DNA of 55,247 bases from Thermoplasmata archaeon (GCA_030041075.1 JASHOP010000098.1:1-55247); one strand, 5' to 3'. Numbered from the stretch's first letter, positions 9,200 through 18,839 are shown. Program-made: numbers and translations. The notes: generated from the sequence alone by a model not told the origin.

Positions 9200-9832
9200 C
9201 TACGCTTCCTCGGCTCCGGCCTCGCCGGCCGGGGCGGACGGCGGGCGCGCCGCGACCGACTTCGGCCGGGGGAGCCGCGGGCGCAGCGAGCTCCAGAGCC
9301 CGTCGATCCGCTCGTGGACGGCGGCCGTCGAGCCGCCGCGGGCGAGCTCCGCCCGGGCGCCGTCCAGCGCGGAGGAAAGGTCGTGGGTGGCGATCCCGTG
9401 CTGGGCGGCCCAGGCGACGCACCCGTCGGCGAGGGCGATCTGGACGTCGGCCTCCTTGCGGGCGCGCCGCGCCTCCTTCTCGGGGGGCGGCAGCGCATGG
9501 TCCGGGTCCCAGGACGGTGGCATCGGCGGGGGGATCGACACCCGGAGGAGGCGGAACGGCTCGGGGATCGTCGGCCAGCGCGGCTCGGCGAAGCGGACGG
9601 AGAGCACGTCGAGCTGGGCCGTCGCCCCCGGAAAGTCGGACGCGGCGAACGCCGACTCGGCCTTCTCGAACGGGTTCACGAGGTCGGGCGACGGCGCGCC
9701 CTTCCAGACGTCGAGCAGGAGGGTCACCTGCGACGGCACGAGCCGCCGCAGGACCCTCCGGTCCGGAGGGTCCGGGGCCGGCGGAGTCGGGGCGGGGGCC
9801 TGGTCGGGCGGGCGGTTCGGAGCTCCGGGCAT
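9200..9832 (-). CDS. Hypothetical protein
   Basis: 210 aa with protein-like composition and codon pattern, 16 nt downstream of the GGR gene on the same strand. Confidence 0.7.
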   Translation of the reverse strand: MPGAPNRPPDQAPAPTPPAPDPPDRRVLRRLVPSQVTLLLDVWKGAPSPDLVNPFEKAESAFAASDFPGATAQLDVLSVRFAEPRWPTIPEPFRLLRVSIPPPMPPSWDPDHALPPPEKEARRARKEADVQIALADGCVAWAAQHGIATHDLSSALDGARAELARGGSTAAVHERIDGLWSSLRPRLPRPKSVAARPPSAPAGEAGAEEA

Positions 9833-9848
9833 GGCGGGCGGCGGGGGT

Positions 9849-11039
9849 TCAGAGGAACGCCTCGAACTCCTTCGTCACCTCGGGGTACTTCTCGCGCACC
9901 GCGCGCAGGATGTTGTGGACGTTGAGCTTCTCGAGCTTCACGCCGGAGAGCGCGTCGACGATCTTGTCGAACGTCGCGTCGCTGAGCGTCACGAGCTTCT
10001 CCTTCGCGAGCCAGTTGCGGTAGAGCTTCTCCTCGAGCCGGGCCCGCCACGCCCGGTCGTACTTCCGGAGGAACTCCTGGGAGGCGTCCCGCGCCGCCAC
10101 CGCCTCGGCCGCCACGGTCCCGCAGATCTTGCCCGCGAGGCACCCGTTCGCGATGCCTCCGCCGGTGAGCGGGTCGATCATCCGGGCCGCGTCGCCGACG
10201 AGCATGATCCCGTCGGCGACGGTCTGCTTGAGCGGAGCGGAGATCGAGACCCCGCCTCCGACCATGTCGATCTTCTTCCCCTTCGCGTAGCCCGGGTGCT
10301 TCTCGATCCACCGATCGAGGTACGTCCGCGCGTCGGCGGGGTTCGCGACCTGGCTGACCTGGACCCCGATCCCGACGTTCGCGAGCCCGTCGCCCTTCGG
10401 GAAGACCCAGACGTAGCCGCCCGGAGCGACCTTCCCCAGGTAGAAGTCGCAGTAGCGGACGTCGCAGTCGACGTTCGTCATCCGATACTGGAGGCACGTG
10501 TCCATGTCCCGCATCGCGATGTTCGTCGGGATCCCGGCCCACCGTCCGACCTGGCTCTCGAACCCGTCGGCCCCGATCGTGACCGGGGCCCGGATCTCGA
10601 ACGGCTCGCCGAACGCCTTCGCGCGGACGCCGACGACGCGGCCGTCCTGCTTGAGCAGCGAGACCGCGGCGGTCTTCAGGAGGACGTCGACCCCCGCGTT
10701 CGCCGCGTCGATCGCGAGCTGCTTGTCGAACTCGTCGCGCTCGACGACGTAGCCGACCTCGTTGCCGGCGTGCTTCTCATTGATCTCGAAGACGTTCTCC
10801 GACGGGGAGTAGATCCTCGCCCCTTCGACCTCGACGTTGATCCAGCGCCCGGGCCGGATCTCGACCTCCTGGAGCCAGTCCTTGCTCATCCCCTCGCCGC
10901 ACCGGACGGGGCTGCCGATCTCCTGGCGCTTCTCGATCATCACGACCTTCGCGCCGCGCTTGGCAGCCCACTTGGCCGTCATGCTGCCGGCGGGCCCGGC
11001 GCCGACGACGAGGACGTCGGTCGTGAGGTTCTTGACCAT
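9849..11039 (-). CDS. Digeranylgeranylglycerophospholipid reductase (geranylgeranyl reductase family)
   Basis: GAGPAG FAD motif, PVRCGEG, PGGYVWVFPK (YxWxFP) and GDAA..IDPLTGGGI. Confidence 0.93.
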   Translation of the reverse strand: MVKNLTTDVLVVGAGPAGSMTAKWAAKRGAKVVMIEKRQEIGSPVRCGEGMSKDWLQEVEIRPGRWINVEVEGARIYSPSENVFEINEKHAGNEVGYVVERDEFDKQLAIDAANAGVDVLLKTAAVSLLKQDGRVVGVRAKAFGEPFEIRAPVTIGADGFESQVGRWAGIPTNIAMRDMDTCLQYRMTNVDCDVRYCDFYLGKVAPGGYVWVFPKGDGLANVGIGVQVSQVANPADARTYLDRWIEKHPGYAKGKKIDMVGGGVSISAPLKQTVADGIMLVGDAARMIDPLTGGGIANGCLAGKICGTVAAEAVAARDASQEFLRKYDRAWRARLEEKLYRNWLAKEKLVTLSDATFDKIVDALSGVKLEKLNVHNILRAVREKYPEVTKEFEAFL

Positions 11040-11061
11040 CCGACGTTCTCCCCGGCGGCCC

Positions 11062-11274
11062 TCAGTCGATCTCGATCGCGCCGACCGGGCACGCCTTGAC
11101 GCAGATCTCGCACCGGGTGCAGACCTTCTCGTCGAACGTGATGCGCGTCTCGTCGAGGTAGATGCAGTTGAGCGGGCAGATCCCGACGCACGCCCCGCAG
11201 TAGATGCAGAGCTGCCCGGACGACTCGATGTGGAGGCTCTTCTTGTTCGGCACGGGCGGGTCCGGGCGTGACAC
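11062..11274 (-). CDS. 2x[4Fe-4S] ferredoxin
   Basis: Two CxxCxxCxxxCP motifs. The true start may be the GTG at 11253, given the TATA-like TTTAATTA at 11286-11293. Confidence 0.92.
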   Translation of the reverse strand: MSRPDPPVPNKKSLHIESSGQLCIYCGACVGICPLNCIYLDETRITFDEKVCTRCEICVKACPVGAIEID

Positions 11275-11295
11275 CGGGCCGAACGTAATTAAAGG

Positions 11296-12261
11296 CTACT
11301 TGGGAGACGCGGACCCCGCCGGCGGCGCCGGCCGCTCGGCGAGCCACCGCTCGGCGTCGATCGCCGCCATGCACCCCGCCCCGGCCGCGCTGACCGCCTG
11401 GCGGTAGCGGTGGTCGCTCACGTCGCCCGCGCCGAACACCCCGTCCACGCTCGTCCGGGTCTGGTCGTGGAGGCGGAGGTACCCCTTCGCGTCGAGCTCG
11501 AGCGACCCGCGGAACACCTCGGTGGCCGGGTCGTGGCCGATCGCGACGAAGAGGCCCCCGACCTTGAGCTCGCTCGGGGCCCGCGTGCGCGCGTGGCGAA
11601 GTCGGAGGCCCTCGACCTTCTCCGCCCCCAGCACCTCCTCGACCTCCGTCTCGAGCCGGATCGCGATCTTCGGGTGCGTCGTCGCCCGCTGCTGCATGAT
11701 CCGGCTCGCGCGGAAGCGGTCCCGGCGGTGGATGATCGTCACCTTCGTCGCGAAGTTCGTGAGGAACAGCGCCTCCTCCATCGCCGAGTCGCCCCCGCCG
11801 ACGACCGCGAGCTCGGACCCTTTGAAGAAGAACCCATCGCACGTCGCGCAGGCGCTGACGCCGTGACCCCGGAGCCGGGCCTCGGACGGAAGGCCGAGCC
11901 AGCGGGCGTTCGCCCCGGTCGTGACGATCACGGCGTCCGCGCGGAAGGCGCCGCGGGTCCCGGTCTCCAGCCGGAACGGGCGCCCGGCGAAGTCGACGCG
12001 GGTCACGTTGTCGTCCACGAACTCCGCGCCGAACCGCTCGGCCTGCCGGCGCATCCGTTCGACGAGCTCGGGGCCCTGGATCCCCTCCGGGAAGCCGGGG
12101 AAGTTCTCGACGTCGGTGGTGATCAGGAGCTGGCCCCCGGGCGGTATCCCGGCGAGGACGACCGGCTTCAGCTCGGCGCGGGCGCAGTAGAGCGCGGCCG
12201 TGAGCCCGGCCGGACCGCTCCCGACGATCGCGACGCGCGCGGCTCGCCCGTCGGACGCCAT
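11296..12261 (-). CDS. trxB: Thioredoxin-disulfide reductase
   Basis: GSGPAG, GGQL, CATCDG, GGGDSA and GD..YRQA motifs. Start reassigned to the ATG at 12261. Confidence 0.96.
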   Translation of the reverse strand: MASDGRAARVAIVGSGPAGLTAALYCARAELKPVVLAGIPPGGQLLITTDVENFPGFPEGIQGPELVERMRRQAERFGAEFVDDNVTRVDFAGRPFRLETGTRGAFRADAVIVTTGANARWLGLPSEARLRGHGVSACATCDGFFFKGSELAVVGGGDSAMEEALFLTNFATKVTIIHRRDRFRASRIMQQRATTHPKIAIRLETEVEEVLGAEKVEGLRLRHARTRAPSELKVGGLFVAIGHDPATEVFRGSLELDAKGYLRLHDQTRTSVDGVFGAGDVSDHRYRQAVSAAGAGCMAAIDAERWLAERPAPPAGSASPK

Positions 12262-12285
12262 CGGTCGAACGACGGCGCGGGGGAG

Positions 12286-12291
12286 TTTAAG
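12286..12291 (-). promoter_or_regulatory. TATA box of trxB
   Basis: CTTAAA on the minus strand about 25 nt upstream of the ATG. Confidence 0.6.
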
Positions 12292-12350
12292 CGACACGCC
12301 CCGGGGGCCCGGCCGCCGACCGGGTCCCGCTCCCGGGCGGGCTCGACGCC

Positions 12351-12887
12351 TCAGTCCCGCGGCCGCGGGCCGGGGAGGTGGAGCCGACCGTCCGGGTCGG
12401 CCTCGCCGTACGACGAGCGGTAGAACAGGAGCGGGGCGGCGTCCCGGCCCCGCTCGACGCGGATCACCTCGCCGACGACCAGGACGTGGTCGTAGAGAGG
12501 GGTCATCGAGGCGAGCCGGCACTCGGCCGCGCCCAGCGACCCGTCCGGTAGCGCGGCGCCCGTCGTCCCGCGGTGGACCGGCAGCCCATGGAACTTCTCG
12601 GCGGGCGGTACCGACCGCGCGAACCGCTCGCTGAGCGCGCGCTGGTCGGCGGCGAGGAAGCTCACCGCGAACGACCGGGCCGCTTCGAGCACCGGCAGGG
12701 TATCGACCTCCCGCTGGAGGCTGACCAGGACCGCGGGCGGGGCGAGGGAGACGGAGAGGAACGCGTTCACCGTCAGCCCCGCGTCGCGCGTCCCGTCGCG
12801 AGCCGTGACGACGGAGACGCCCGTCGCCCACGCCCCCATGAACCGGCGGAACGTCTCCGCGTCGACCGCGGGCGGGCCCGGCGTCAT
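12351..12887 (-). CDS. Flavin reductase family protein (HpaC/RutF-like)
   Basis: FRRFMGAWATGVSVVT, SVSLAPP, DHVLVVGEV and PLLFY motifs. The ATG overlaps the permease stop. Confidence 0.9.
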   Translation of the reverse strand: MTPGPPAVDAETFRRFMGAWATGVSVVTARDGTRDAGLTVNAFLSVSLAPPAVLVSLQREVDTLPVLEAARSFAVSFLAADQRALSERFARSVPPAEKFHGLPVHRGTTGAALPDGSLGAAECRLASMTPLYDHVLVVGEVIRVERGRDAAPLLFYRSSYGEADPDGRLHLPGPRPRD

Positions 12888-14005
12888 CGCTCCTCCCGCC
12901 ACTGGAACAGCCGGACCGCGAGCGCGAACACTACGATCGACGCGGCGAGGACGATCAGGAGGTCGGAGAGGGCCCGGCCGGGGTTCTGGAACAGCATCAC
13001 CTGGTTCATCCCGTCGATGACGTAGTAGAGCGGCATCGCGTGGGCGACCGCGGCGAGGTCCGGCGGGAAGCTGGAGACCTGGAAGAACGTTCCCGAGAGG
13101 AACATCATCGGGAACGTCACGATGTTGCCGATCAGCGCGGCCGCCTCGGGCGTCTTCGAGACCGTCCCGCAGAGCATGCCCAGCGAGACGAAGAAGAACG
13201 GCCCGACGACCAGGAACGGCACCATGCCGAGGGTGAGCGTCACGTGCGCGCCGAACGCGTAGACCCCCGTCCCGATCACGATCAGGGCCGCGACGAACGT
13301 GAGGAGGATGTACCAGACCACCCGGGCGGTCAGCCACTCGCCGCGGGTGAGCGGCGTCAGCGAGAGCTGCCGGAAGATCCCCTGCTTGCGGTACGACGAC
13401 GAGATCTCGACGAGCGAGAACATCGGGCTCGTCAGGATCGAGAACCCGATGAGCCCGGGGATGAGGTAGTCGATGTACGTGTAGATCGGCCGGCCGACGT
13501 TGTGCAGCGGCGCGAGGGCGATCACGGGGGCGCAGTCGGTCGCGTGCCCGCACTTCGCCTCGAGGTTGAACGACGCGGCGACGCCCTGGACGGCGGAGAC
13601 GACCTCCCCCTCGGCCGTGGCGTCCTCGGGGTTGACGAAGAGCGTGAGGTTCGTCGTCGAGTTGTTCGTGGCGTTCGCTTCAAACCCGTCCGGGATGATC
13701 ATCCCCGCCGAGTAGCCGTTCTGGCCGAGCCACGTCCCGAAGTCCGAGGGCGTGACGTTCACGGGCTGGACGGAGACCAGGGTGGTGTTGTCGAGCGCGC
13801 TCAGGAACTCCTGGCTGTAGGGCGAATCGTGATCCTCGTTGAGGACGATCAGCGTCGTCGAGGTGGAGCCGATCGTGGAGAAGATCAGCCCGAACAGTCC
13901 GATGAGGATGATCGGGAAGATGAGCGAGAAGAAGAGCGCGACGGGGTTCCTCGTGTACGATCGCACGACGACCCGGAGGTCGGCGCCGATGCGGGCCGGC
14001 TTCAC
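12884..14005 (-). CDS. ABC-2 type exporter permease
   Basis: One N-terminal TM helix, a large extracellular loop and several more TM helices, with FLSGTFF and MPLYY motifs. The GTG overlaps the ATPase stop. Confidence 0.9.
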   Translation of the reverse strand: MKPARIGADLRVVVRSYTRNPVALFFSLIFPIILIGLFGLIFSTIGSTSTTLIVLNEDHDSPYSQEFLSALDNTTLVSVQPVNVTPSDFGTWLGQNGYSAGMIIPDGFEANATNNSTTNLTLFVNPEDATAEGEVVSAVQGVAASFNLEAKCGHATDCAPVIALAPLHNVGRPIYTYIDYLIPGLIGFSILTSPMFSLVEISSSYRKQGIFRQLSLTPLTRGEWLTARVVWYILLTFVAALIVIGTGVYAFGAHVTLTLGMVPFLVVGPFFFVSLGMLCGTVSKTPEAAALIGNIVTFPMMFLSGTFFQVSSFPPDLAAVAHAMPLYYVIDGMNQVMLFQNPGRALSDLLIVLAASIVVFALAVRLFQWREER

Positions 14006-14934
14006 GGGGGGACCTCGGACTTGAGCGCGCCGTCGTCCATCCGGCCGACCATGCGCACGAACACGTCCTCGAGCGTGTCGTCCTGCGTCGTGAACGAGTC
14101 CCACGTGATCCCGCTCCGCTCGATCGCCGAGAGGACGCGCAGCGCGTCCCGCTTGTCGCCGAGGTCGACCTCGACGTGGCCGTCCTCGAACCGCGCCTCG
14201 ATCCCCAGCTCCTTCCGAAGGAACCCGGCGAGCTCGGGGGGCGCCGCGACCCTCAGGCGGGCCGGCCGGCCGTTCGCGCGGATGATCTCGCCCGGGGTGC
14301 CGGACGCGATGATCCGCCCGCCGTGGATGATCGCGACGCGGTCGGCGAGCTGCTGGGCCTCGTCGAGGTAGTGCGTCGTCAGGAAGACGGTGCGCCCGTC
14401 CCCGCGGAGCGACCGGATGACGCTCCAGATCGCCCGCCGGGCGTGGGGGTCGAGCCCGGTGGTCGGCTCGTCGAGGAAGCAGACCTCGGGATCGTTCGTG
14501 AGGGAGAGCGCGAGGCCGAGCTTCTGCTTCTGGCCCCCGGAGAGGGTGTCGAACCGCGCGTCGGCCTTGTCGAGCAGCTCGACGCGGGCGAGGAGCTCCG
14601 CCGGGTCGACGGCGCTGCCGAAGAGGGTGCGATAGTACTCGACGGCCTCCTTCGGGGTGATCTTGTCGAAGAAGCCGAACTCCTGCGGGATCACGCCGAT
14701 CCGGCGGTGGAGCTTCTCCCCCTCGGTCCACGGGTCGAGCCCGAGCACGGCCACCGACCCTTCCGTCCGTCGCCGCAGGCCCTCGAGGATCTCGACCGTC
14801 GTGGTCTTGCCCGCCCCGTTCGGGCCGAGGAAGGCGAACACCGTCCCCGCGGGGACGTCGAAATCGACGCCCGCCACCGCGACGACCTCCGCGTAGCGCT
14901 TGACCAGGCCCTGGACCTCGATCGCGGCGGCCAT
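14002..14934 (-). CDS. ABC transporter ATP-binding protein
   Basis: GPNGAGKTT, LSGGQ, LDEPTTGLD and TTH motifs. Confidence 0.95.
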   Translation of the reverse strand: MAAAIEVQGLVKRYAEVVAVAGVDFDVPAGTVFAFLGPNGAGKTTTVEILEGLRRRTEGSVAVLGLDPWTEGEKLHRRIGVIPQEFGFFDKITPKEAVEYYRTLFGSAVDPAELLARVELLDKADARFDTLSGGQKQKLGLALSLTNDPEVCFLDEPTTGLDPHARRAIWSVIRSLRGDGRTVFLTTHYLDEAQQLADRVAIIHGGRIIASGTPGEIIRANGRPARLRVAAPPELAGFLRKELGIEARFEDGHVEVDLGDKRDALRVLSAIERSGITWDSFTTQDDTLEDVFVRMVGRMDDGALKSEVPP

Positions 14935-14957
14935 CCGCGGGCCCCGTGCGGCGCCGG

Positions 14958-14963
14958 TTTAAG
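14958..14963 (-). promoter_or_regulatory. TATA box of the ABC exporter operon
   Basis: CTTAAA on the minus strand about 24 nt upstream of the ATG at 14934. Confidence 0.6.
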
Positions 14964-14986
14964 AAGGCGCCCGGAGGCGTCCGCGC

Positions 14987-17167
14987 CTAGGCCGGGGCGA
15001 GCGTCCCGTGTCCGCCGGGTCCGACGCGCAGGGTGCGGGACGGGCCCGAGACCGCGAGGTCCGCCGGGCCGGACCACGTCACGTCGATCGACCCGGGGGT
15101 CCAGCCGATCGCGACGCGGCCCGGACCGACGCGGAGCCCGTCGATCGACGCCGCCGTCCAGCCAGTAGGGAACTGGGGGTTCACGCCGAGCGATCGCCGT
15201 CGCGCGTCGACCGAGAGCCCCCAGAGCCGCTCGAACAGGACCGTGAGGAACGGCGCGACGCTGAGGCCGAGGAGGAAGCACGAGTTGAACGGCTCGGGCC
15301 GATCGCCCCGGTAGCATTCGTTCGCCTGCCCGTCCTCCGCGAGGTACCGGGCGGCGATCCGGCCGAGGAAGTCGATCCCGAGCGAGCGGTCGCCGGCCGC
15401 GAACGCCGCGTCCGCGGCCCAGGCGGTCGCGATCGTCCAGACCTGGCCGTCGTGGTAGGCGACCGGCGAGTACTCGGGGTCGGTGGTCGAGAGCGTCCGG
15501 ACCCCCCACGGGGTGGAGAGGTCGTCCCGCGCCGCGCGGCGGACGATCGCCCGTCCTGCGGCGGGGTCGAACAATCCGGCGCTTACGGCCCGCAGGGCGT
15601 TCGGGCGGATCCGCGCGACCGGCTCCCCTGCGCGCAGCGAGTCGTAGAGATACGACTGGTCCGCCCAGACGTACCGGGCGCGCACGGACGCCGCGGTACG
15701 GGCCGCGAGGGCCCGGTTCGGGTCCTCGGCCGGGGCGACGGGACCGTCGCCGGCCAGCTCCGCCGCGGACCGCAGCGCCTGGTACCAGAGGACCTGGACG
15801 TCGATCGCCTGGTCGCGCCGGTCGGCGGAGTCCCAGATCGTCGTGTCGGGGGCGTCGATCCCGTACCGGACCCGTGCGATCGACCCGGTCGCGGCCTCCA
15901 TCGCGTGGGCCTCGCCCCCGTTGCGGATGAGGCCGGTCGCGTCGTCGGTGCGGCGACGCCCCCACGCGATCGCCCGCTCGACCGCCGGCCGCCAGTCGCC
16001 GGCGACGGAGGCGTCGCCCGAGTGCCGGACGAATCGGACGGCGAGCTCCGGGTAGTAGAGCGTCGTGTCCGAGGTCCCGTAGAGGAAGATCGGGCCGGGG
16101 CTGAGCTGCATCGGCAACTCCCCGGCCTCGCCGCCCAGGAGGCTCAGCTCGGCGCGGGCCTGGAACCGGAGCACGGAGGCGATCGACCGGGCGGCCCAGC
16201 CCAGGTCGCCGAGCCACAGGACCGCCGGGACCATCCACGCGATGTCGCGGCACCAGAGCGCCGAGTACCACGGGTAGCCGGCGACGAGCCCGGTCAGGTC
16301 CTCTCCGGGGCTCGCGTAGAGGCGCCGCAATGACGCGCGGGCCCGCTCGTACGCCCGCTCGAGCTCGGGCGCCGCGGGGAACCTCAGGACCGGGGTGGAG
16401 GCGAGCCAGGCCGCCTCCCGTCGCTCCGACTCCGCCGCCTCGGCGGCCGGGTCGCGGAGCGTCCGGGCGGGCGGGTCGTCGAGGCGCTCGAGGTCCCGTT
16501 CCAGGCCGCCGACGATCGCGATCCGCAGCCGGACCTCGGCCCCGGCGGAGACCGTCAGTTCGTGTACGGAGGCGACCTCCTCGACGGGACCGCGGTACCT
16601 CCCGCCGAGCCAGGAGCTCCGGTTGAGCAGGAGGTGGCCCGGCGCGACGTCGAACCGGCACGACAGCGCGAACGCGCGCTGGCGCACGCGGACCTCGTCC
16701 GGTCGCGTCTCGACCTGGAACGTCAGTGGGCGGAGCCCCTCGACCAGGACCGGGAGGAGGAACGGCTCGAAGGAGTTCGTGACCTCGACGCGGACCGGAT
16801 CGCCGCCCGAGAGCGAGAACCGGAGATCCCGGACCGCCCCCGGGGCGTCCAGGAGCGGCACGATCTCCTGGTGCACGACGAGCCGATCCGCCCGATGCCA
16901 GCTCTCGTAGCGGTCGCCGACGACCTGCGACGCGGTCCGGGTGGCGGGCAGCTCCGAGGTCCGGTCCGGGCGGTCGAACGAGACCCGCCAGCGCCCGGTC
17001 AGCCGGGCGAGCTGGCCGTAGACCCCGCCCCATTCGACGTTCGCCCCCCGGGTCTCCCGCTGGAGCTCCACGTCCCCCCGCTCGTCTAAGAGGATCGCCG
17101 ACGCGAGGCTCCGGAGGAGCCGGGTCCGCGGTGCCGGGTCCGGCGCCGGGGGGAGCGGGCCGGTCAT
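14987..17167 (-). CDS. Amylo-alpha-1,6-glucosidase-like (alpha/alpha)6 glycoside hydrolase (glycogen debranching enzyme C-terminal family)
   Basis: AGYPWY..WCRD, YGTSDTT, TIWDS, WGVRTLS and YHDGQVW motifs. Start at the ATG at 17167. Confidence 0.85.
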   Translation of the reverse strand: MTGPLPPAPDPAPRTRLLRSLASAILLDERGDVELQRETRGANVEWGGVYGQLARLTGRWRVSFDRPDRTSELPATRTASQVVGDRYESWHRADRLVVHQEIVPLLDAPGAVRDLRFSLSGGDPVRVEVTNSFEPFLLPVLVEGLRPLTFQVETRPDEVRVRQRAFALSCRFDVAPGHLLLNRSSWLGGRYRGPVEEVASVHELTVSAGAEVRLRIAIVGGLERDLERLDDPPARTLRDPAAEAAESERREAAWLASTPVLRFPAAPELERAYERARASLRRLYASPGEDLTGLVAGYPWYSALWCRDIAWMVPAVLWLGDLGWAARSIASVLRFQARAELSLLGGEAGELPMQLSPGPIFLYGTSDTTLYYPELAVRFVRHSGDASVAGDWRPAVERAIAWGRRRTDDATGLIRNGGEAHAMEAATGSIARVRYGIDAPDTTIWDSADRRDQAIDVQVLWYQALRSAAELAGDGPVAPAEDPNRALAARTAASVRARYVWADQSYLYDSLRAGEPVARIRPNALRAVSAGLFDPAAGRAIVRRAARDDLSTPWGVRTLSTTDPEYSPVAYHDGQVWTIATAWAADAAFAAGDRSLGIDFLGRIAARYLAEDGQANECYRGDRPEPFNSCFLLGLSVAPFLTVLFERLWGLSVDARRRSLGVNPQFPTGWTAASIDGLRVGPGRVAIGWTPGSIDVTWSGPADLAVSGPSRTLRVGPGGHGTLAPA

Positions 17168-17646
17168 GGTTCGGAGGGCCCGCGCAGCTCGTCGTGGAAC
17201 TCGATCCACACGAGCGGCGGGATCGCCGCGCTCACCAGCTCCAGCCGAACGTCGACGCGACCGGAGAGCGCGTGGGTCCACGGCTCGACACGCACCTCCG
17301 TCCGGTGGCCGGGCCGGAGCTCGAGGGGCGCCTCCCGGGAAACGGAACTGCCCGGGGTCCACGGGGCGCCGGCTCCCGGCCGAACCGCCGTGCACGCCGG
17401 CGGTACGGGGATCCCGTTCAGGTCGATCCGGAGCGAGCGGAACGCTCCGACGCGCAGGGGCGGGTTCGCCAGGGCGAACGCCAGCCCGCGATCGGTCCGG
17501 CGGAGCGACCCGACCTCGTACACGGACTCCTCGACGGTCGCCGCGATCCCCGCGAGCGCCTCGAGCGCGTGCCGGCCGAACTCGACCTCGAGGGAGATCG
17601 CCTGGTGGGCGAGCGACAGCCAAGCGCCGAACCCGCGGGCGCTCAC
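17164..17646 (-). CDS. Hypothetical beta-rich protein coupled to the glycoside hydrolase
   Basis: Protein-like segment VYEVGSLRRTDRGLAFALANPP..LRIDLNG. Its stop overlaps the hydrolase ATG (ATGA). The GTG start at 17646 is inferred. Confidence 0.7.
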   Translation of the reverse strand: MSARGFGAWLSLAHQAISLEVEFGRHALEALAGIAATVEESVYEVGSLRRTDRGLAFALANPPLRVGAFRSLRIDLNGIPVPPACTAVRPGAGAPWTPGSSVSREAPLELRPGHRTEVRVEPWTHALSGRVDVRLELVSAAIPPLVWIEFHDELRGPSEP

Positions 17647-17912
17647 GCGGCCAGGAGGTCTCCTGCGCGCATAGCGGTTCGCGCTTCCGGTCCCGCGTGG
17701 GGGAGTCCGGGCGATGAGCGGGGTACGAGCCGCTCCGTGGAGCCCACGGGAACGCGGGTCGACGCGGGCCGCCGCCGTCCTGCCGCCGGATTGCTCGCGC
17801 TGCGGCACCGTTGCGCGCGGAGCAACGGGGCCCGAGCCGCGAAACGATTTAGCGCGCCCCCCGCCTCGTTCCGGCCCCGGAGCCGTCCCCACGGTCAGCC
17901 CGGGTCCCCGGA

Positions 17913-18839
17913 ATGCCGCGATCCCTGGCCGAAGCACTTCGCGCCCACCCCCTCTTCTTCGCCCCGGTGCCGCCCCCGAGCCGCGCGTCGCCCCACCGCG
18001 CTGCCGAACGGATCGAGGAGGTCGTCCGGTTGATCGAGCGGATCCCCCGGATCGACGCCGTCGACATCCCCGAGCTGGTCGACGAGAACCACGAGGGGCG
18101 CCCGAGGTACCGGACCGACGACCCGCGCCGCTACGCGCGCACCATCGCCGACCGGAGCGGCCGCGAGGTGATCGTCAACAAGGTCGTGGCCCACCTCGAG
18201 AGCTCCGAGGCGCTCGGGGCCTGGGCCCGGGAGACGGTCGGGATCGGGGTCCGGAACACCGTGCTGGTCGGCGGGACGAGCCGGTTCATCCCGTATCCCG
18301 GCCCCCCGGTCGCGGAGGCGAATCGGATCGTCCACCCGATCGTCGCGGGCTCGAACGGGCACGTCGGGAACATCGCGATCCCGCAGCGCCGCGGCGAGGC
18401 CCACCGGATGGTCTCGAAGACCCGGGCCGGGGCGACGTTCTTCACGACCCAGCTCCTGTTCTCGGCGGACGCCGTCGGCGAGATGCTGACCGCGTACGAC
18501 CGGCTCTGCGGCGAGACGCCCGTCGCCGCCGTCGTCCTGAGCTTCGCCCCCGTGGCCGACGAGCGCGACATCGAGTTCGTCCGGTGGCTGGGGGCCGACG
18601 TGCCGGAGGAGGCGGAGCGCCGCCTCCTCAACGGGGACGACGGCGTGGCCGCCGAACGGTGCGTGGAGCTGGCCACCGAGGTCTGGGACGCGGTGAGCCG
18701 GCGCGCCGCCGAGGAGCGCCTTCGCGTCCCGCTCGGCATCAACATCGAGCAGGTGTCGGCGCAGCACCTGGACGGCGCGCGGGAGATGCTCGCCGCGTTC
18801 GTCCGCCGTCTCCCGAAGCCCCCGAACGCGCCGGGCTAG
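17913..18839 (+). CDS. Mycobacterial-type methylenetetrahydrofolate reductase-like protein
   Basis: DAVDIPELVDE, GNIAIPQR, K..AGATFFTTQLLFS, LSFAP and FVRWLG motifs; TIM-barrel size (308 aa). Confidence 0.72.
   Translation: MPRSLAEALRAHPLFFAPVPPPSRASPHRAAERIEEVVRLIERIPRIDAVDIPELVDENHEGRPRYRTDDPRRYARTIADRSGREVIVNKVVAHLESSEALGAWARETVGIGVRNTVLVGGTSRFIPYPGPPVAEANRIVHPIVAGSNGHVGNIAIPQRRGEAHRMVSKTRAGATFFTTQLLFSADAVGEMLTAYDRLCGETPVAAVVLSFAPVADERDIEFVRWLGADVPEEAERRLLNGDDGVAAERCVELATEVWDAVSRRAAEERLRVPLGINIEQVSAQHLDGAREMLAAFVRRLPKPPNAPG

Noticed and set aside
6092..11274. Possible fixABCX cluster (ETF + flavoprotein + ferredoxin)
   Set aside because: The flavoprotein carries lipid GGR motifs (PVRCGEG, PGGYVWVFP) and is on the opposite strand, separated from the ETF by three genes.
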